64,000 bases of DNA from Octopus sinensis (GCF_006345805.1 NC_043016.1:27776001-27840000); one strand, 5' to 3'. Shown: positions 38,925 to 53,048, numbered from the stretch's first letter. Notes: generated from the sequence alone by a model not told the origin. Numbers and translations are program-made.

Positions 38925-41180
38925 TAAATGGAAAGGACAGCCCCACGATTGACCGAGAGGGGGGAGTCAAGAATCAATCAAACCCAGTCAGCACGGGAAT
39001 GACCTTGGAAACGAATACGATTATTCATTCGAACAGCGAATGAAATGCAAACAACTTTGGATGCAAGCTGTGCTATAGAACCTTTGCAACTGTGAGAGGC
39101 TTGAAGATACATCAGGGAAAGACTTGTGAGAAGAGGACAGAGCAGTGTGGATTATCAGATCGTAAAACACGTGGTAAATCATCCCTGGACTCAAACCACA
39201 GCGGATCGATAAATGCTACAGCAGAGACCTCTTCACGTGATGAAACTACAAGTCATGAAACTGGTGCATCGAATAATACTCATAGGAAACCGAGGGTTTT
39301 GTGGCCTGCTGCTAATGAGAAAGTGAAATATAAAGAGTTTGAAAACAAGGTTTGTCGGGCTCTTTATAAAATGACAGGCTCTACAGTGGAGAAACTGGGT
39401 AAATTATCAAGCTCAATATACAATATTGGAAAAGATTTATTTGGAATAAAAGAGAATATCCGACTAGAGAAGGGAAAGTGTGGACCAAGCAGGAGGATCA
39501 GAAAAATGCAGCAGTTGAGGAAGGAAATCCAATTTAAGAAAGCAATGGAGATGTGCTGCACTAGATGAGAAACATGGCCTTGCGCTGCTGTATAACGATT
39601 TGAAGAGGAAATGTCATTATGTGCAATGACATATCCGCCGATATGAGCGTCAAAGGAGAGTAAAAGGACTCGGGGGCAGTTTCTGAAGGACCCGTACAGG
39701 TTTACTAAGAAGCTATTCATTGAACCAAAGAGTGGTACTTTATCGTGCACAAAAGAAGAATTGGATGCTCATATCAAGGAAACCTACAGCGATCCGCACC
39801 GTAACCAGCCGCTTCCACCTCTACATGGGCTAAATCATCTCTCAGGACCTGATATCGAATTCCAGATTGGGGACATCAGGGAGAGAGAAGCGAATGACTT
39901 CGTAAGAAAAGCTAGAGCAAAGAGTGTCCCAGGAGGTGATGGCGTCTCATATAAAGTCTACAAGTATTGCAATCGTCTGCGAAAGAAGCTCTTCATCCTA
40001 CTCCGACAACTGTGGCGTGAGGAGACTATAGTAGAGGATTAGTGTAAGGCAGAAGACATATACCTGCCGAAGGAGGCCAATGCAGAGACCATAAAACAGT
40101 TTAGGCCGATATCCTTATTGAAAGTGGAAGGCAAGATCTTGATGGGAATTCTGTCGAGGAGAACAGTGACATATTTACAGAGTAACGGATATGTTGATGA
40201 ATCTGTTCAAAAGGCTGGGATCCCTGGATGCGTTGAACACGGTTTTTCGATTTGGAAAGCGATCCAGGATGCCAAACAGAACAAGAAAAGTCTGAACTTG
40301 GTATGGCTTGACCTAGCTAACGCGTATGATTCAGTGCCACACAAATTACTAATAACAGCCATGGACCACTTCCACATTCCAGACAAAGTGATCAAAATAA
40401 TGAGGATGTACTATGACAGTTTCGAAATGAGGTTTACAACTGGAAATTTTACAACAAATTGGCACCGATTGGAGGTTGGCATTGCTGCTGGCTGTACAAT
40501 ATCTGTCACATGGTTTATCTTAGTCATGGAGTTGATTTTGAAAGGTGTAGATTTTTTTGAACAAATCGCCCATGTACAATCGCCTAAGAAAGCCTTCATG
40601 GATGATGTGACACTTCTAGCTACAGATAAAAAAATCATGCAGAATGCCCTCTTGAGATTAGATGAACTTGTAAGGTGATCAAGGATGTGATTTAGAGCAA
40701 AAAGTCGCGTAGTCTGACACTTGTTAAGGGAGTGCAGAAAGAATTTAAGTTTCGAATATCTGAAGAAAGCATTCCAACAGTCAAAGAAGAGCCCGTCAAG
40801 AGCTTGGGACGAGTATACACTGGAACATTGTCAGGCAGAAGTTGTGGGATTGAAATTATGAAACGGGCCGAGGCTGGGTTATCAGCGATTGATAATTCGA
40901 AGTTACCAGGTAACTATAAAATTTGGTGCTTGTAGTTCGGCTTGTACCCGCGACTTCCATGGCCACTTTTAATATACAAGGTAGCATTGTCACGAGTTGA
41001 AATCATTGAACAAAAATGTAATGTGTTCATTAGAAAGTGGCTAGGCCTACCTCTTATGTTGAACATAACCAGCTGAACTAGCAAGCGGGGCCTCATATCA
41101 GTGAGGGGGGCCGGTGCGCATTGATGCCGTCGAGAGGTAGGCCCCAAAACGGCACGCATTCTCTTCTGATGACCCCATAC
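38925..41180 (+). mobile_element. Hero/NeSL-like (RLE-class) non-LTR retrotransposon, inactivated and internally deleted
   Basis: N-terminal Zn finger (RGLKIHQGKTC); RT motifs FRPISLL, SVQKAGIPGCVEH, WLDLANAYDSVPH, GIAAGCTIS and AFMDD; thumb RKWLGLP; in-frame stops; no endonuclease domain. Confidence 0.88.
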
Positions 41181-41744
41181 ACTTGCTGGCTTCTGGTATA
41201 CGGAGCTTTTGACTGGTAGCACTTGCATGTGCAAGTTGTCTGCAAGACATCACTCTGCTGGCACAAATGATTTGTACCTGTAATTCAAACAGGCCAGCCT
41301 TGTCACATTCTGAGTCACACTTGATCTCCCTGAGAACTACATTAAAGGTATGTGTGTCTGAAGTGTTCAGCCACTTGCATATTAATTTTTCAAGAGCAGG
41401 CTGTTCATTTGATTGAATTGAACTGGAACATCTGTGGTCATAACCAACAGAGTACCGTACCATTCAATTAACTTGTAAGTGACTGAGTATTCGACAGACA
41501 CCTGTGTACCCTTAGTGTAATTCTCAAATAGCATCAACGTAGCACGATGTGATAAGGCTGGACATTTGAATTGCAGGTGTACTCCATTTAACAGGCTTCC
41601 ACACATTTTACTTTTACCAAATTTACTCAAAAGTCCTGGCACAACCTAAAACTATGTTAAAATGTTTTTGGAATCAAACTGGAACCTCATACATGTGAAG
41701 CTAACTTCTAACCAATTGACCATATGTGCATCCTAATTGTGTGT

Positions 41745-41792
<48 letters not shown>

Positions 41793-42405
41793 TTTAAGTC
41801 ACAATGTATGGATTCAATTAATCCAGTGGTACTCATAAATAAAGCTCCTTAATGTATCATGCTATAAAACATAGAATATATAGTACAATACAAGAGAAAA
41901 TTATAAGGAGTGTATAAAATAATAAATAATGATTGAAATACACTATGATAAAATTTATTTTGCATTTGGAAATTCTTATTTAACAACAATTGTTTCGCAG
42001 CTTAATAAACATGTATAGATAATTTATTTTTATTATATATTTTATAAGTAATATAATGTAAATAATGAGCATTCAGTTTTTTCTGAATTAATGGTGAATG
42101 AATTGTTAATCACTGTTTACTGTATTTGATGGCAAAGAAGAAACACTTATTTTCCAAAAAATGTCTCAAAAGGTTATCCCAGGTTCCACATGCAAAGTTG
42201 AGTCAATATTACATGCTTTGAAATACTAAAAATGTGTTGTTTATTTTTCCTGAATATGTGCTGCTGAAGTTGGGACCATCAGATGTGCCCATGCATTACA
42301 CTTGCCTAAAATGTTACACTGTGGAATTGAACTTCAGGATTGCAAAGGGAACTTCTTAAGCATTCTCTGATGTTGTATTCACATGCACAAACACACACAC
42401 ACATA

Positions 42406-42622
42406 CGAGGGTGTTGAAAAGTTTTCCTGCCTTTGGTTAAAAGAAAATATAGGAGGAACAGTTAATTATGATTTTATTTAACATATTTCCTTCTCAGATA
42501 CATACATTTATTGCTTAAGTCCTTCAGTTTTTCTAATCCCTGTAAAGGAACTTGGAAGGTTGGGCCTCCAACCAGGCCTTTTACGATACCCTTAAAGCCA
42601 GGAACTTATTAGCATCCTCTCA
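42406..42622. mobile_element. mariner-derived MITE
   Basis: TA|CGAGGGTGTTGAAAAGTTTTCCTGCCTTT and inverted TA|TGAGAGGATGCTAATAAGTTCCTGGCTTT. Confidence 0.75.
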
Positions 42623-42709
42623 TACACATTACCAATTTCTACAACTTTACATGTCCAATAACTTCGCAAATTATTTATATATTTCTCTTTTCTTTGTCTC
42701 TTTCATTAG

Positions 42710-42862
42710 ATGTTAGTAATATTTCCTCTGAAGATGGAGAAGATAAACTCTTGGAAACAAAACAGAATGTTCAGATTCTTGCTGATGAAACTGCTCAAGC
42801 ATTGAAGAAAAATGTTTATAAAAATTATTCTCAATTCATAGAAACAGCCAAAGAAATTTCAG
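42710..42862 (+). CDS. EXOC8: EXOC8 coding exon 2 (Vps51/Exo84 N-terminal coiled coil)
   Basis: YVSNISSEDGEDKLLETKQNVQILADETAQALKKNVYKNYSQFIETAKEIS matches the recalled human LAEETAQNLKRNVYQNYRQFIETAREIS; polypyrimidine-AG acceptor and GT donor. Confidence 0.95.
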
Positions 42863-43564
42863 GTATATTATTTCAGTTTTCTTTTGTCTCTCTAGAGAAT
42901 ATTGTTTCATTTTTATCTTGATAATTATAGGTGCTACTGTGGAAATTACATTATGGTGATCTAAATTAAAATCATCCATCAAAATTCCTTGTTAATTAAT
43001 GTTCCAAGCACCAACTTAATAATGCCTAAGTTATTTTACTAAAAAATTCTACACTATTTTCAAAATTCATTGAAACAAATTCATTGAAATCGTACCCTAT
43101 TTCTGTCAGCAGAAATAGGGTACGAAAAGGATTTAAGTGATCAAAATTAAAACTCACCATCAAAATTTCATGTTATGTTCCAAAGGCATTGTATTTCAAA
43201 GGAAAGATGTCAGCAAAAGAGTTGGGGAAATATTAACAGAATTTCATCACTTCTGCTCTTAAATTTATCTTTTGATATTTCAAAAGCATAGAGAAGTGGG
43301 TGTAAGAATGAGGATAGTGATGATGGTAAGTCTCCTGTGAAACAAAGGAGGGGAATATTTAGCTAAATTCTCCATTACTCATGTAAAAGTTGCCATTCTG
43401 GAGCCTTCACTATTTTCACACCCTTCATTGTCTTTGCTAAGTAAACATGGCAGAACCAGTGATAAATTATGAATAATTGTTTTAAGGCATTCTTAAGACT
43501 CAGCCCTCTGATATTACCATATTAGAAATGGTAAGTTGAAGTATTAAATTGATGTATCTTTCTC

Positions 43565-43815
43565 TCATCATCATCATCATCGTTTAATATCCGCTTTCCA
43601 TGCTAGCGTGGGTTGGACAATTTGACTGAGAACTTGCAAACCAGAAGGCTGCACCAGGCTCCAATCTGGATCTGGCAGAGTTTCTACAGCTGGATGCCCT
43701 TCCTAACGCCAACCACTCCGAGAGTGTAGTGGGTGCTTTTACCTGCCGCCGGCATGTGGCCAGTCTGGCAATACTGGCAACGGCCACGCTCAAATGGTGT
43801 TTTTTATGTGCCACC
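43565..43815 (-). mobile_element. SINE family C, well preserved
   Basis: CATCATCATCGTTTAATATCCGCTTTCCATGCTAGCG...CTGGATGCCCTTCCTAACGCC. Confidence 0.85.
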
Positions 43816-43819
43816 TGCA

Positions 43820-44045
43820 AACCCTTTAGCATTTAAACTGATCCTGTCCAGCCTATTTATTTTATGTTTTACATTCAAACTGGTCAATTTGTCCCACCAC
43901 CCCATCTATCCTATATTGTCATTCTGAAACTAAACAATCACAACATCAAAGTCTCAAAATGACAAGATGATGCTTGATTATTTCAAAACAATATGGATTA
44001 TTAGGTATTACATTTGACAGAATAATCTGAATGCTAAAGGGATAT
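43820..44045. mobile_element. CCCTTTAGCAT-TIR MITE
   Basis: AACCCTTTAGCATTTAAAC ... GAATGCTAAAGGG. Confidence 0.7.
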
Positions 44046-45377
44046 AGACAGATATAGATATGTATATATGTGTGCCTGTTTATGTATGTTGCTGTCTTCT
44101 TGTCTTATTGCATGGTAATTGTAAACAATCTTCTGTGGAAATGTGTTTGGTGATAGGGAAATATTAACCTTACCTGGAAACAAGTGAAGGTTAGTGTTAG
44201 AAACTTCTTCCTGCAAACTTCCACAAAACTTCATCTAATTCATGCGAACATGGAAAAGTAGATGTTAAAAGAATGATGATCACAATGATGATGATGATGA
44301 TTTTTCTCTTGGAAACCTCATATGTAATGTCATCAGTGTCTTTTTTCATTTCATCAACAATTTATTCTTAATGTGATTCAAAATATCCCTAATTAAATTT
44401 TCCTTTTGTTCAAAATATTTTCATAGACTCTCTAGAACAGAGCTTTGAATTTCTTGAATAAATTTTACAGAGTAAAATAAAACCTAGCAACTATAAAATT
44501 TTGTTAATCTCTTTTTACATGTAAACACTATAGAATGTAGCTATACTGTAATAAAACTGAACCATTTCTTCATCATAGCTACAGATAGCAGCAAGAGGAT
44601 GTGCTCTGCCATGTTGATTTCTCTTGAAGATGAAATATTCCATCAATAATCCAACATTACATTAAGAGATACAGCATGTTTTCATTTAATTTTTTGTAAA
44701 TTTCAAACATAAATCAATAAATGTCTCCATTGGACTAGCATCATCGCCACCATCATTTAATCTCCATTTTCGATGTTGGATGGTTCAACAGAAACTGGTA
44801 AGCCAGTTGGATGCCCTTACAAGTGCCAACCTCTTTACAGAATATACTTGGTGAATGTTATCACAACATTAGCAACAGACAGATAGCTATCTTTCAAAAG
44901 CTTAAGGAGTCCTCTTTTTCCTCTCATTCACCAACCACATTATAGAGTGACTTAGGTGCATTTTATCATGTCATCAACGGTTAAGAGGTTGTCATATTCT
45001 TGACAACGCAGAGGAATCCTCTCACCCCTATATTATCAGGTTCTCTCTACCCTACATTGATCCTGCTCATTTCTCAGCCATTCAACAGAGTGAACGGTTT
45101 TATAGTGGGGGCAACTTTGTATCCCATTAGACTAAAATGTTCTTACTCCTTCATGATAAATTTGTTTACTCAAGGTAACATATCTGAGGCAAGTAGAGGA
45201 GAGGGTGGGCAATGATTGAAGAAAAAAGTTTGATTGTAGAAAGTGACTGGACTAAAAAGGTGGCAGAGGGAGAGAGAGTGTGTGTGTGAGGTAGATCATG
45301 GTAAAAATAATGGAATTTGATTGATAGTGGTTAGAAGGAAAGGAAATGATGAGTGGCAGCATTGAAAGAGTGATATG

Positions 45378-45477
45378 NNNNNNNNNNNNNNNNNNNNNNN
45401 NNNNNNNNNNNNNNNNNNNNNNNNNNNNNNNNNNNNNNNNNNNNNNNNNNNNNNNNNNNNNNNNNNNNNNNNNNNNN
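45378..45477. other. Assembly gap (100 N, likely a placeholder of unknown size)
   Basis: Run of exactly 100 N. Confidence 0.98.
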
Positions 45478-47925
45478 CATTATATTTTTTTTTATTGGTA
45501 GAAACATTGGTTTTGACTTTGTCATCTTCATCAGTTTTTATTATTGAATACCACCATCATATTCATTGTTTTAATGTCTAAGATGTTGATATGGATTGGA
45601 ATATTCTAACAATATTGCATATTATATTTCCTTTTGCTTCTGTGAGATCCAGCATCTTGAGAACTGAAAGTAATAATAATAATAGTTTAGCAGAAATGTA
45701 TGTCCCTATAATAACTCTGTTACCATCATATTCATCACACATCTTTGTGAAAGTTTTCAGTACAGCTGCCAGAACCAGCATAAAGAAAATCCATGCCATA
45801 TTTAAATGATGGACTAAATCTTCTTAGAGGTGACTTTGTCCACCTGTCATCTCTTCATCTTTATAGCTATCGTTAAATTTATCAATAACATCACCATCAT
45901 TACCATCTCCACCACTACCACCATCATCACTATCATCATATTTCAGCCGGTAGAAGAGTTGATTTATCATCCAATTAAAATGTAATTAAGGATGTCAATG
46001 AAAGACAATAGAGAAGTAGACTACCATCTGAGAACAAAAACGGTCATTTGATTTGCTAGAAATAGCAGCTAAATCTATTTCTAATGACACTCTACTGCCT
46101 TTAAAAGTGAAGTACAGTTTGGATGAAGTAATCCTTGACGATGTATTATGTAAGATAAAACAGTCATAGGTAGAAAGTCTGAGTAATTGCATTTGACCCG
46201 AATCTAAAAATTAAAAAAAAACACTAACAACCAGGTGAGCAATCATCATCATTTAATGCCCATTTGCCATACTGACATAGGTTGATCAGTATAACAGAAT
46301 CCACATCAGACTCTAATGATAGCTTTGGAATAGTTTCTACAGTTGGATTCTTTTCCTTATGCCAACCACTTTACAGTGTGTGCTGGGTGCTTTTTTCTTT
46401 TCTATGCCATCAACATGAGTGAGATTGTCAAGTAACTTACAAGACAGGAAAAGAACGAGGAAAATGGAGAAAGCCTTGTTGACTGCATGGTGGGTGGAGA
46501 AATAGTTTATAATATGTCACCATGTCATGTCATTCGTAGTTACTGATACAATGATAAAATGATACAGTCCACCTACTTGTAATTAGATGCCATTTTACTA
46601 TAGATGCTGGGTCCACTTCCTTCAGTGAATTTGATTTGAGAAAAGATGTTTTCTTTCCTAACTTAAACTTTCCAGTGGTGACCCTATGATTCAGGGCCTC
46701 CCCAAACTACAACTGCTGTTGTTGTAACCCAAGTATGCTTTGTTATCCTAGCTTGTTGGCAGAAATAAGAATCACATCCTGTGGGAATGTTACTTATGGT
46801 AGAATGGTATGATGTTCAAATGGAGATTTATCTCTCATTTCCTATGTTTTATTTCTCCAGCAGTACACACTATTTTACATTACATCAGTTCACTTAGCTA
46901 TCAATGGATATCACATTGTGGAAATCTTACTTATAGACTGAAGGCTTATCCATACACAAAGTTATCATTCATCTATCTAACACCCTAGTACCAAATTACC
47001 CCTTCTCTTAATTGTTGTTTAGAATAAGACACCTGATGATGATGATGATGGTTGTGATGCAGCAGTGACTAAATTAAAACCTTCCATCAAAATGTTGTTT
47101 TAATTTATGTCCCAAACACAACTTAATTAATGGTAACTTTTAATAAATTCTTTATTATTTTTAAAAATTTATTGAAGCAAAAACTGTGTATTTCAACAGG
47201 AACAGGGTAACAAAAGGGTTAAACCAAAATGTTAAGAAGTAAAGATTAAAAAAAAAAAGTCATGATCTCTCAAGATTAGATTAATTGAATGTTAATTATG
47301 CAGGAAAATTATAATCACATTCAAGGCAATAATCGATCAAATGTTAGCTCAGTTTATAGTTGTGAAATTTTTTTTTTTTTTGCTTCATAATATCTGACAT
47401 CCTCATCATTTAACATCCATGTTCCATCCTGGTATGAGCTGGACAGTTTGACAGGATCCAATGGACCCAGTGACTGCATCATGCTCCAGTGTCTAATTTG
47501 GCATGGTTTCTACAGCTGGATACCATTCCTAATATCATCCACTTTACAGAATGTACTGGATGCTTTTTCATGCTATCACCACAAATAAGGTTGCTGTGCA
47601 GCTTGCAAGATTACAAAATTCCAAGTGGTGGTAGGGACTTTACACCTAGAGAGATGAGGGATTGTGGTTTCTGGTTTGTTTTTATTTATATTTAAAGTTA
47701 TAAATTGATTTTACTTTTACTTCTTATTTGTGCTAACAAGGGAAAGAAAACTCTGTGTGTATGTGTGTGTGTTATATTACATTCATATACAAATATAAAA
47801 ACAATAAAAAAAGAATTTCAGAATAAAATCAAAATGTTTATAATATGAAATTATCTTTAAAAAAATTTTTTATTTCCTCTTTCTGCTAAGTAATTTTTAC
47901 ACATCCCACCTTTTGTTTCTTGCAG

Positions 47926-48070
47926 AGCTCGCATTGATCATAGGATTAAACAATTAACAGAAGGATTAATGAGTGAATTACAAGTGACACCAGAACGGTC
48001 TCTTCGAGGTGGTCCAAGAGCTGCAAGAAGGGCAGTGACACAGCTTATCCGTCTTGGGAAGTCTGCTCAA
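47926..48070 (+). CDS. EXOC8: EXOC8 internal exon
   Basis: ARIDHRIKQLTEGLMSELQVTPERSLRGGPRAARRAVTQLIRLGKSAQ, with the conserved SLRGGP motif; AG/GT boundaries. Confidence 0.95.
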
Positions 48071-48779
48071 GTAGGTTCCAGCAGTTCTTTTGAGAGATAA
48101 AATTCAGTTACCATTTTTATTTATTTATTTAGTTTTTTTTAAATGGCGTCACAAATGGCTAAGTGATTGAGGTGGATGAGACAACACACCAATAGGTTGA
48201 TAGTTCTTACCCCAACACCAGACACTTAACACTTTATAGCTTCTTGTTTCTTTAACTGGGAGGTCTTTAGTTCAATACCACAGCATGGCATCTTCAACAA
48301 ATGCCTTTTACTATAACCTCAATTCAATCCATATGAGTAACATTGAGATAGATGGAATCTATGTGGAATCTCATTGGATAGAGTATATCTGTAATTCAAA
48401 GATCCAACTATGTAACACTGATTTCACCTTTCCACCTAAAGATTACGTTAAGGGTAGTTCTGGCTGTGGGAAACACTTGAGTTTTACACACTAACTCAAT
48501 AAGTATTCAGCTGTTCATGAAATAGCTGAACATTCATTGTTATAACCAGCAGAGATTTATTTAAATATAAACAGGGAAATGAAGAGAGAGAGAAAGGAAA
48601 AAGACAAATTTACCTACTTTGTTTAATTAATTTTTACTTCATGCTCATACTTGTTTTTTTTTTATGCATATATGCACCTATGTTTTGAAATCACATGATC
48701 AAATATCATTTTTAATGGGTAGCTAGCTGGGAATTCATACTGAGTGCTCCATAAGGACTGTCAAAATTGTGTGTGTGTG

Positions 48780-49165
48780 TGTGTATGCATGTATGTTACC
48801 TTTTATCGTTTACTTGTTTGTCATTGGGGCCATGCTGGGGCACCACCTTAAAGGGATTTAGTTGAACGAATTAACCTCAGTAGCTTTTTTTTTTCTTTCT
48901 TAGGCCTAGTACTTATTTCATTGATCTCTTACTGAACCATTAAGTTACAGGGTCATAAACAAACCAACACCAGTTGTCAAGCAGTGGTGAAGGACAAACA
49001 CATACACACTTAGATATATATACATATATATGTATATATACGACAGGCTTCTTTCACTTTACAACTACCAAATCCATTTACAAGGCTTTGGCAGCCCAAG
49101 GCTATAGTAGAAGACACTTACCCTGGAACCATATGGTTAGAAAGCAAACTTCTTACCACACTGCC
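48780..49165 (-). mobile_element. SINE family A, degenerate
   Basis: Same tail and head motifs in reverse. Confidence 0.75.
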
Positions 49166-49989
49166 TTTCTACAAGATTATTCAAGAAATTATTTTCCCAG
49201 TAGACTAAATTCAAGAAAAATACTGATTTCAGATTTTTTCAGTTGCTGTCACAGATTTTGAAACTTCGAAATTAAGTGAAAGTTTTCAAATTTGGTATAT
49301 TGATGTAATTTTTTACGCTGAATCTGATTTTGTGACTCATCTGTACCAGAAAAAATTTAGAAAGAATGTTACAGAAGTTTAAAGTTTGATCAGGAAACAA
49401 GATTTGGAAGCTGGCATTTTCTGCATGAGAGCTGTCTATCACAAAATGAAAGCAAAACATTATGACAATGAAAGTTGTAAGATGCTTTAGTAAATTTTAA
49501 TGAATAAAGTCATGTAAAAACAGTTGAACAGACATGCAAATAATTTCAAAAAGGAAAAAATCCTCAACAAAATTTTTTTGTGTAAAATTACAAAAATGAA
49601 AAACAAACTGTACATTAGGGTTTAAGGTTAGATTTAGGGTTCAGGATTAGGATGAGGGTTTGACTCATCATCAAAGAAATTACATAAGCCAAAGGAACAC
49701 ACATGTGATGGTGGTTCAGGCAGCTAACTACAGATTTGCTTGCCTTGTTACTACAGAAAGAAGTACTAATATGTCTGTGGCTTTCAATTGGCTAAAATAC
49801 CCAAAATTTGCAAATTTTAAAAGCTATTAACTTGTTATTTATCAATTTCATTTTCATAATTAGCATACAAAACTAAATTGGTACACCAAATTTGAAAATA
49901 ATTAGAGCAAAATTCTAAAAAGTAGGAAAATGTCAGCAACAGAAAAGATCCCTGATTTCTTATGTCTTGACACAAAACCAAATTCTGGA

Positions 49990-50270
49990 GTGAATGTGCT
50001 GATGCCACATAAAAAGCATCCAGTCCACATTGTAATATGGTTGGCATTTGGAAAAGCTGTAGAAATCTTGCCAAACTGACCTCGCCTGTACTGATGCCAC
50101 ATAAAAAGCACTCAGTCCATTTTGCTGGGTGGTTGGTGTTAGGATGGGCTTCCAGCTATAAGAACCCTGCCAAAACAAACACAGAAGTCTGATGCAAGCT
50201 CCTACCTGGCCAGCTCCTGTCAAACTGTCCAACCCATGCCCGCATAGAAGCTAGACATTAAGCAATGATG
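49990..50270 (+). mobile_element. SINE family C with an internal duplication
   Basis: GATGCCACATAAAAAGCA occurs twice; CCAACCCATGCC...CATTAAGCAATGATGAT tail. Confidence 0.7.
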
Positions 50271-50910
50271 ATCAAGAGGAGGTTTGTAGTTGAATTGAAT
50301 TAACCCTTATTATATTCCTTGGTTATGGTAGTGGGGAAAAGGGGGTGAAAAGAATAGTTTGTGGCTCTGTGGGTATTTAAAATCAGAATCTGGAGAGAAT
50401 AGGGCAATAGTGTGCATGGCATGTGTCTGTGATAGTGCTTAAAACATGGTAGTTACAAGGCTTTAACTTCAAACAAAAGTGTAAAAGAACTACATAACTT
50501 TTAGATAGGAAAGGGTAGAAATAAATGCCTTTAAAAAAGATTGTAGTAATTGAAACCACAGCATGGTCTCAGCTGAATGGGAGTGTACCTTTTGCTGTAT
50601 GGCTTTCACTACTCTTTCAAACTTCAACAAGACACTCTACACAATTGTTCACTGTGCTAGAAAAGCTGCCTATACTCCTTCAATAACTCATACTCTATTG
50701 TCTTGGAAAAGAAGGATACATTGAATAATGATGTGAGTAGTCTGTGCTTGAAAAGAAAAGGTGGGGTGGCCATGGCTAGCAGGCCCTTGATTACAGGTCT
50801 AGTAGAAATGGATTGAACTGAAGCTAACTAGTATGAAATCAACAACTAAACATGTTATAATCATCAGTCTAATGAGAACTTTCTGATCCCTGTTTTGTGT
50901 ATTTTATTAG

Positions 50911-51091
50911 GCCTGTGAACTGTTTCTGAACAACCGGAGTGCCATTATTAAATATAACATCAGACAATTGAAGTTTGAAGGTTCAACAACATTGTACATC
51001 AAGCGTCTCTGTACAGGATTTTTCTCAAGTTTAGCTGAAACAGGCAAAGAATTTATGAAAGCATTTCCACAGAATTACGGCTGTTATTCTG
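50911..51091 (+). CDS. EXOC8: EXOC8 internal exon
   Basis: ACELFLNNRSAIIKYNIRQLKFEGSTTLYIKRLCTGFFSSLAETGKEFMKAFPQNYGCYS; phase 0 start and phase 1 end are consistent with neighbouring exons. Confidence 0.95.
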
Positions 51092-51333
51092 GTAACTATT
51101 CGATTTTACTCATCATTGTCATCCTCATTACCAATAGCTTCACCATTATCCTTTGATTTTTGGTCTTCAGCACTCTTATTGTTTTTGCTACATTACTTTA
51201 CAAGAAAATAAAGGAGTTGTTGGGAAATATCAGGTACTGGATTACTAACTCAAAGGTCACAGATTCATATCCAGTTGGCTACTGGAAAATGAGCTGAATA
51301 CCTTTTTCTTTCATTTGTCCATTCACCCGTTTA

Positions 51334-51374
<41 letters not shown>

Positions 51375-53048
51375 ATTTATGATGGTCTTTCATACAGTTA
51401 CCATCTCCCAAATTCACTCACATGGCTTTGGTCGGCCCATGATATAGTAGCAAGCACTTGCCCAAGATCCCACACAACCACAACTATTATTCTAGATGTT
51501 GAAGGAAATATGTTGTACATAGCCTGAGAGGAATTGTCTACAGTAGACTACAGATTAAGAATATCTGACTAACAAACATCCATTGTTATGAACCAACCAC
51601 TGTGAAGCTTGTTATATTAGTTACATACAATGAATGACAATAACCAAACGGTCTACCATTTTGCAAAAAACATCAATATACAGCATACTTACAGCAATTC
51701 TTCATCATCACAATCAATCATCATCATCATCATCGTCATCATCATTTAACATCAGTTTTCCATGCTGGCATGGGTTGGATAGTTTGAGTGGAAACTTGCA
51801 AGCTGAAGGGCTGCACAAGGCTCCAATTGTCTGTTTTGGAATGGTTTGTATGGCCTGATGCCTTTCCTAATGCCAGCAACTTTACAACCTGGTACAATCT
51901 TCTGGCTACCAGCTCCTGTCAAACTGTCCAACCCGTGCCAGCATGGAAAACAGACATTAAATGATTATATATATGTGTGTCTGTGTACACACACACACAG
52001 AAGATCAGCTTCCACCTAGTCTCTGTCTACTGAATTCATTCACTGGCCCAGGGTTACAGTAAAAGACACTTGCCCAAAACCATGTGGTTGCAAAGTGACC
52101 TTTCTGCCATGAAGAGAGAAAACATATAATAATGATTCAGTAAAAAGATTCCTCAGTCAAAAAATTGACAAACACACCTTTTTCTACTTACTCCTTCCCA
52201 TTTTACACCACGAATGCTTAAATTAGTGGTTACATTTATGACAAAGAGAAAGGTAGAGAGAGAGAGAATGAGACTGTCATGTTGCATGCAACCTAATATT
52301 GCACAATATATATAGCAAGTAATGAAAGTAAGATCTGACATCATCATTATCCTCATTTTAACATTCATTTTTCTATATTTGCATTATTCCAGTTGTATTA
52401 TATGTCCTAACCTGACTATTTTCCTCTCTTTTTCTTTTCTGTTTTGTTTCAGAACCTTTTTTTTTAATATACCACATGTTTTATATATACAAGCACACAC
52501 TTCACACTTACATATATAAGGATAGCATAGGGAGAAAATGAAATTTAGAATAGATACAGGCACAGGCATTGCTTGCTTCCCAACCACTTGGTTCTGGGTT
52601 CAGTCCCATTGCATGGTACCTTGAACAAGTCTTCTACAGTTCTAGGTAGACCAAAGCTTTGTGAGTGGATTTGGTTGATTGAAATTGAAAGAAATCTATC
52701 ACATGCATATTCATGTATACTTATGTATACATGTATATATGAATTACTGTTAGTGTCTCCTTGTCTTTTCATTACATGATGGTTGTAAACAAGTGTCAAT
52801 GACATACAAGTGGTGCCTTTTGTATAAAAACATCTATGAAAAACAGAAATATTACCATGAATGGAAATAGGTGAGTGTTAGCAACAGGAAGGGCATCCAG
52901 CCATAGAAAATCTACCTCAGCAAATTCATCTGACCCATGCAAGAACAGGTGGACATTAAAACAATGATCATTATGACAATGATATTCTGTTGATTAGCTA
53001 ATACACAGTTTGATAGAATTTCTTTCAATATTGTTGTTATTATTTATT

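Noticed and set aside
41120-41180. AAAAC...CTGATGA in the Hero tail as a permuted hammerhead
   Set aside because: No G-C stem II closing pair and no consistent stems I and III
45740-45830. Segment reading SIKKIHA/YLNDGL, faintly like the EXOC8 PH-domain VHGFLMND
   Set aside because: Needs a frameshift, has an in-frame stop and is too short a match to support an exon
49615-49665. Degenerate TTAGGG runs (also at 8685-8697 and 9705-9730)
   Set aside because: Only 2-6 imperfect units; more likely repeat-element fragments than interstitial telomeres
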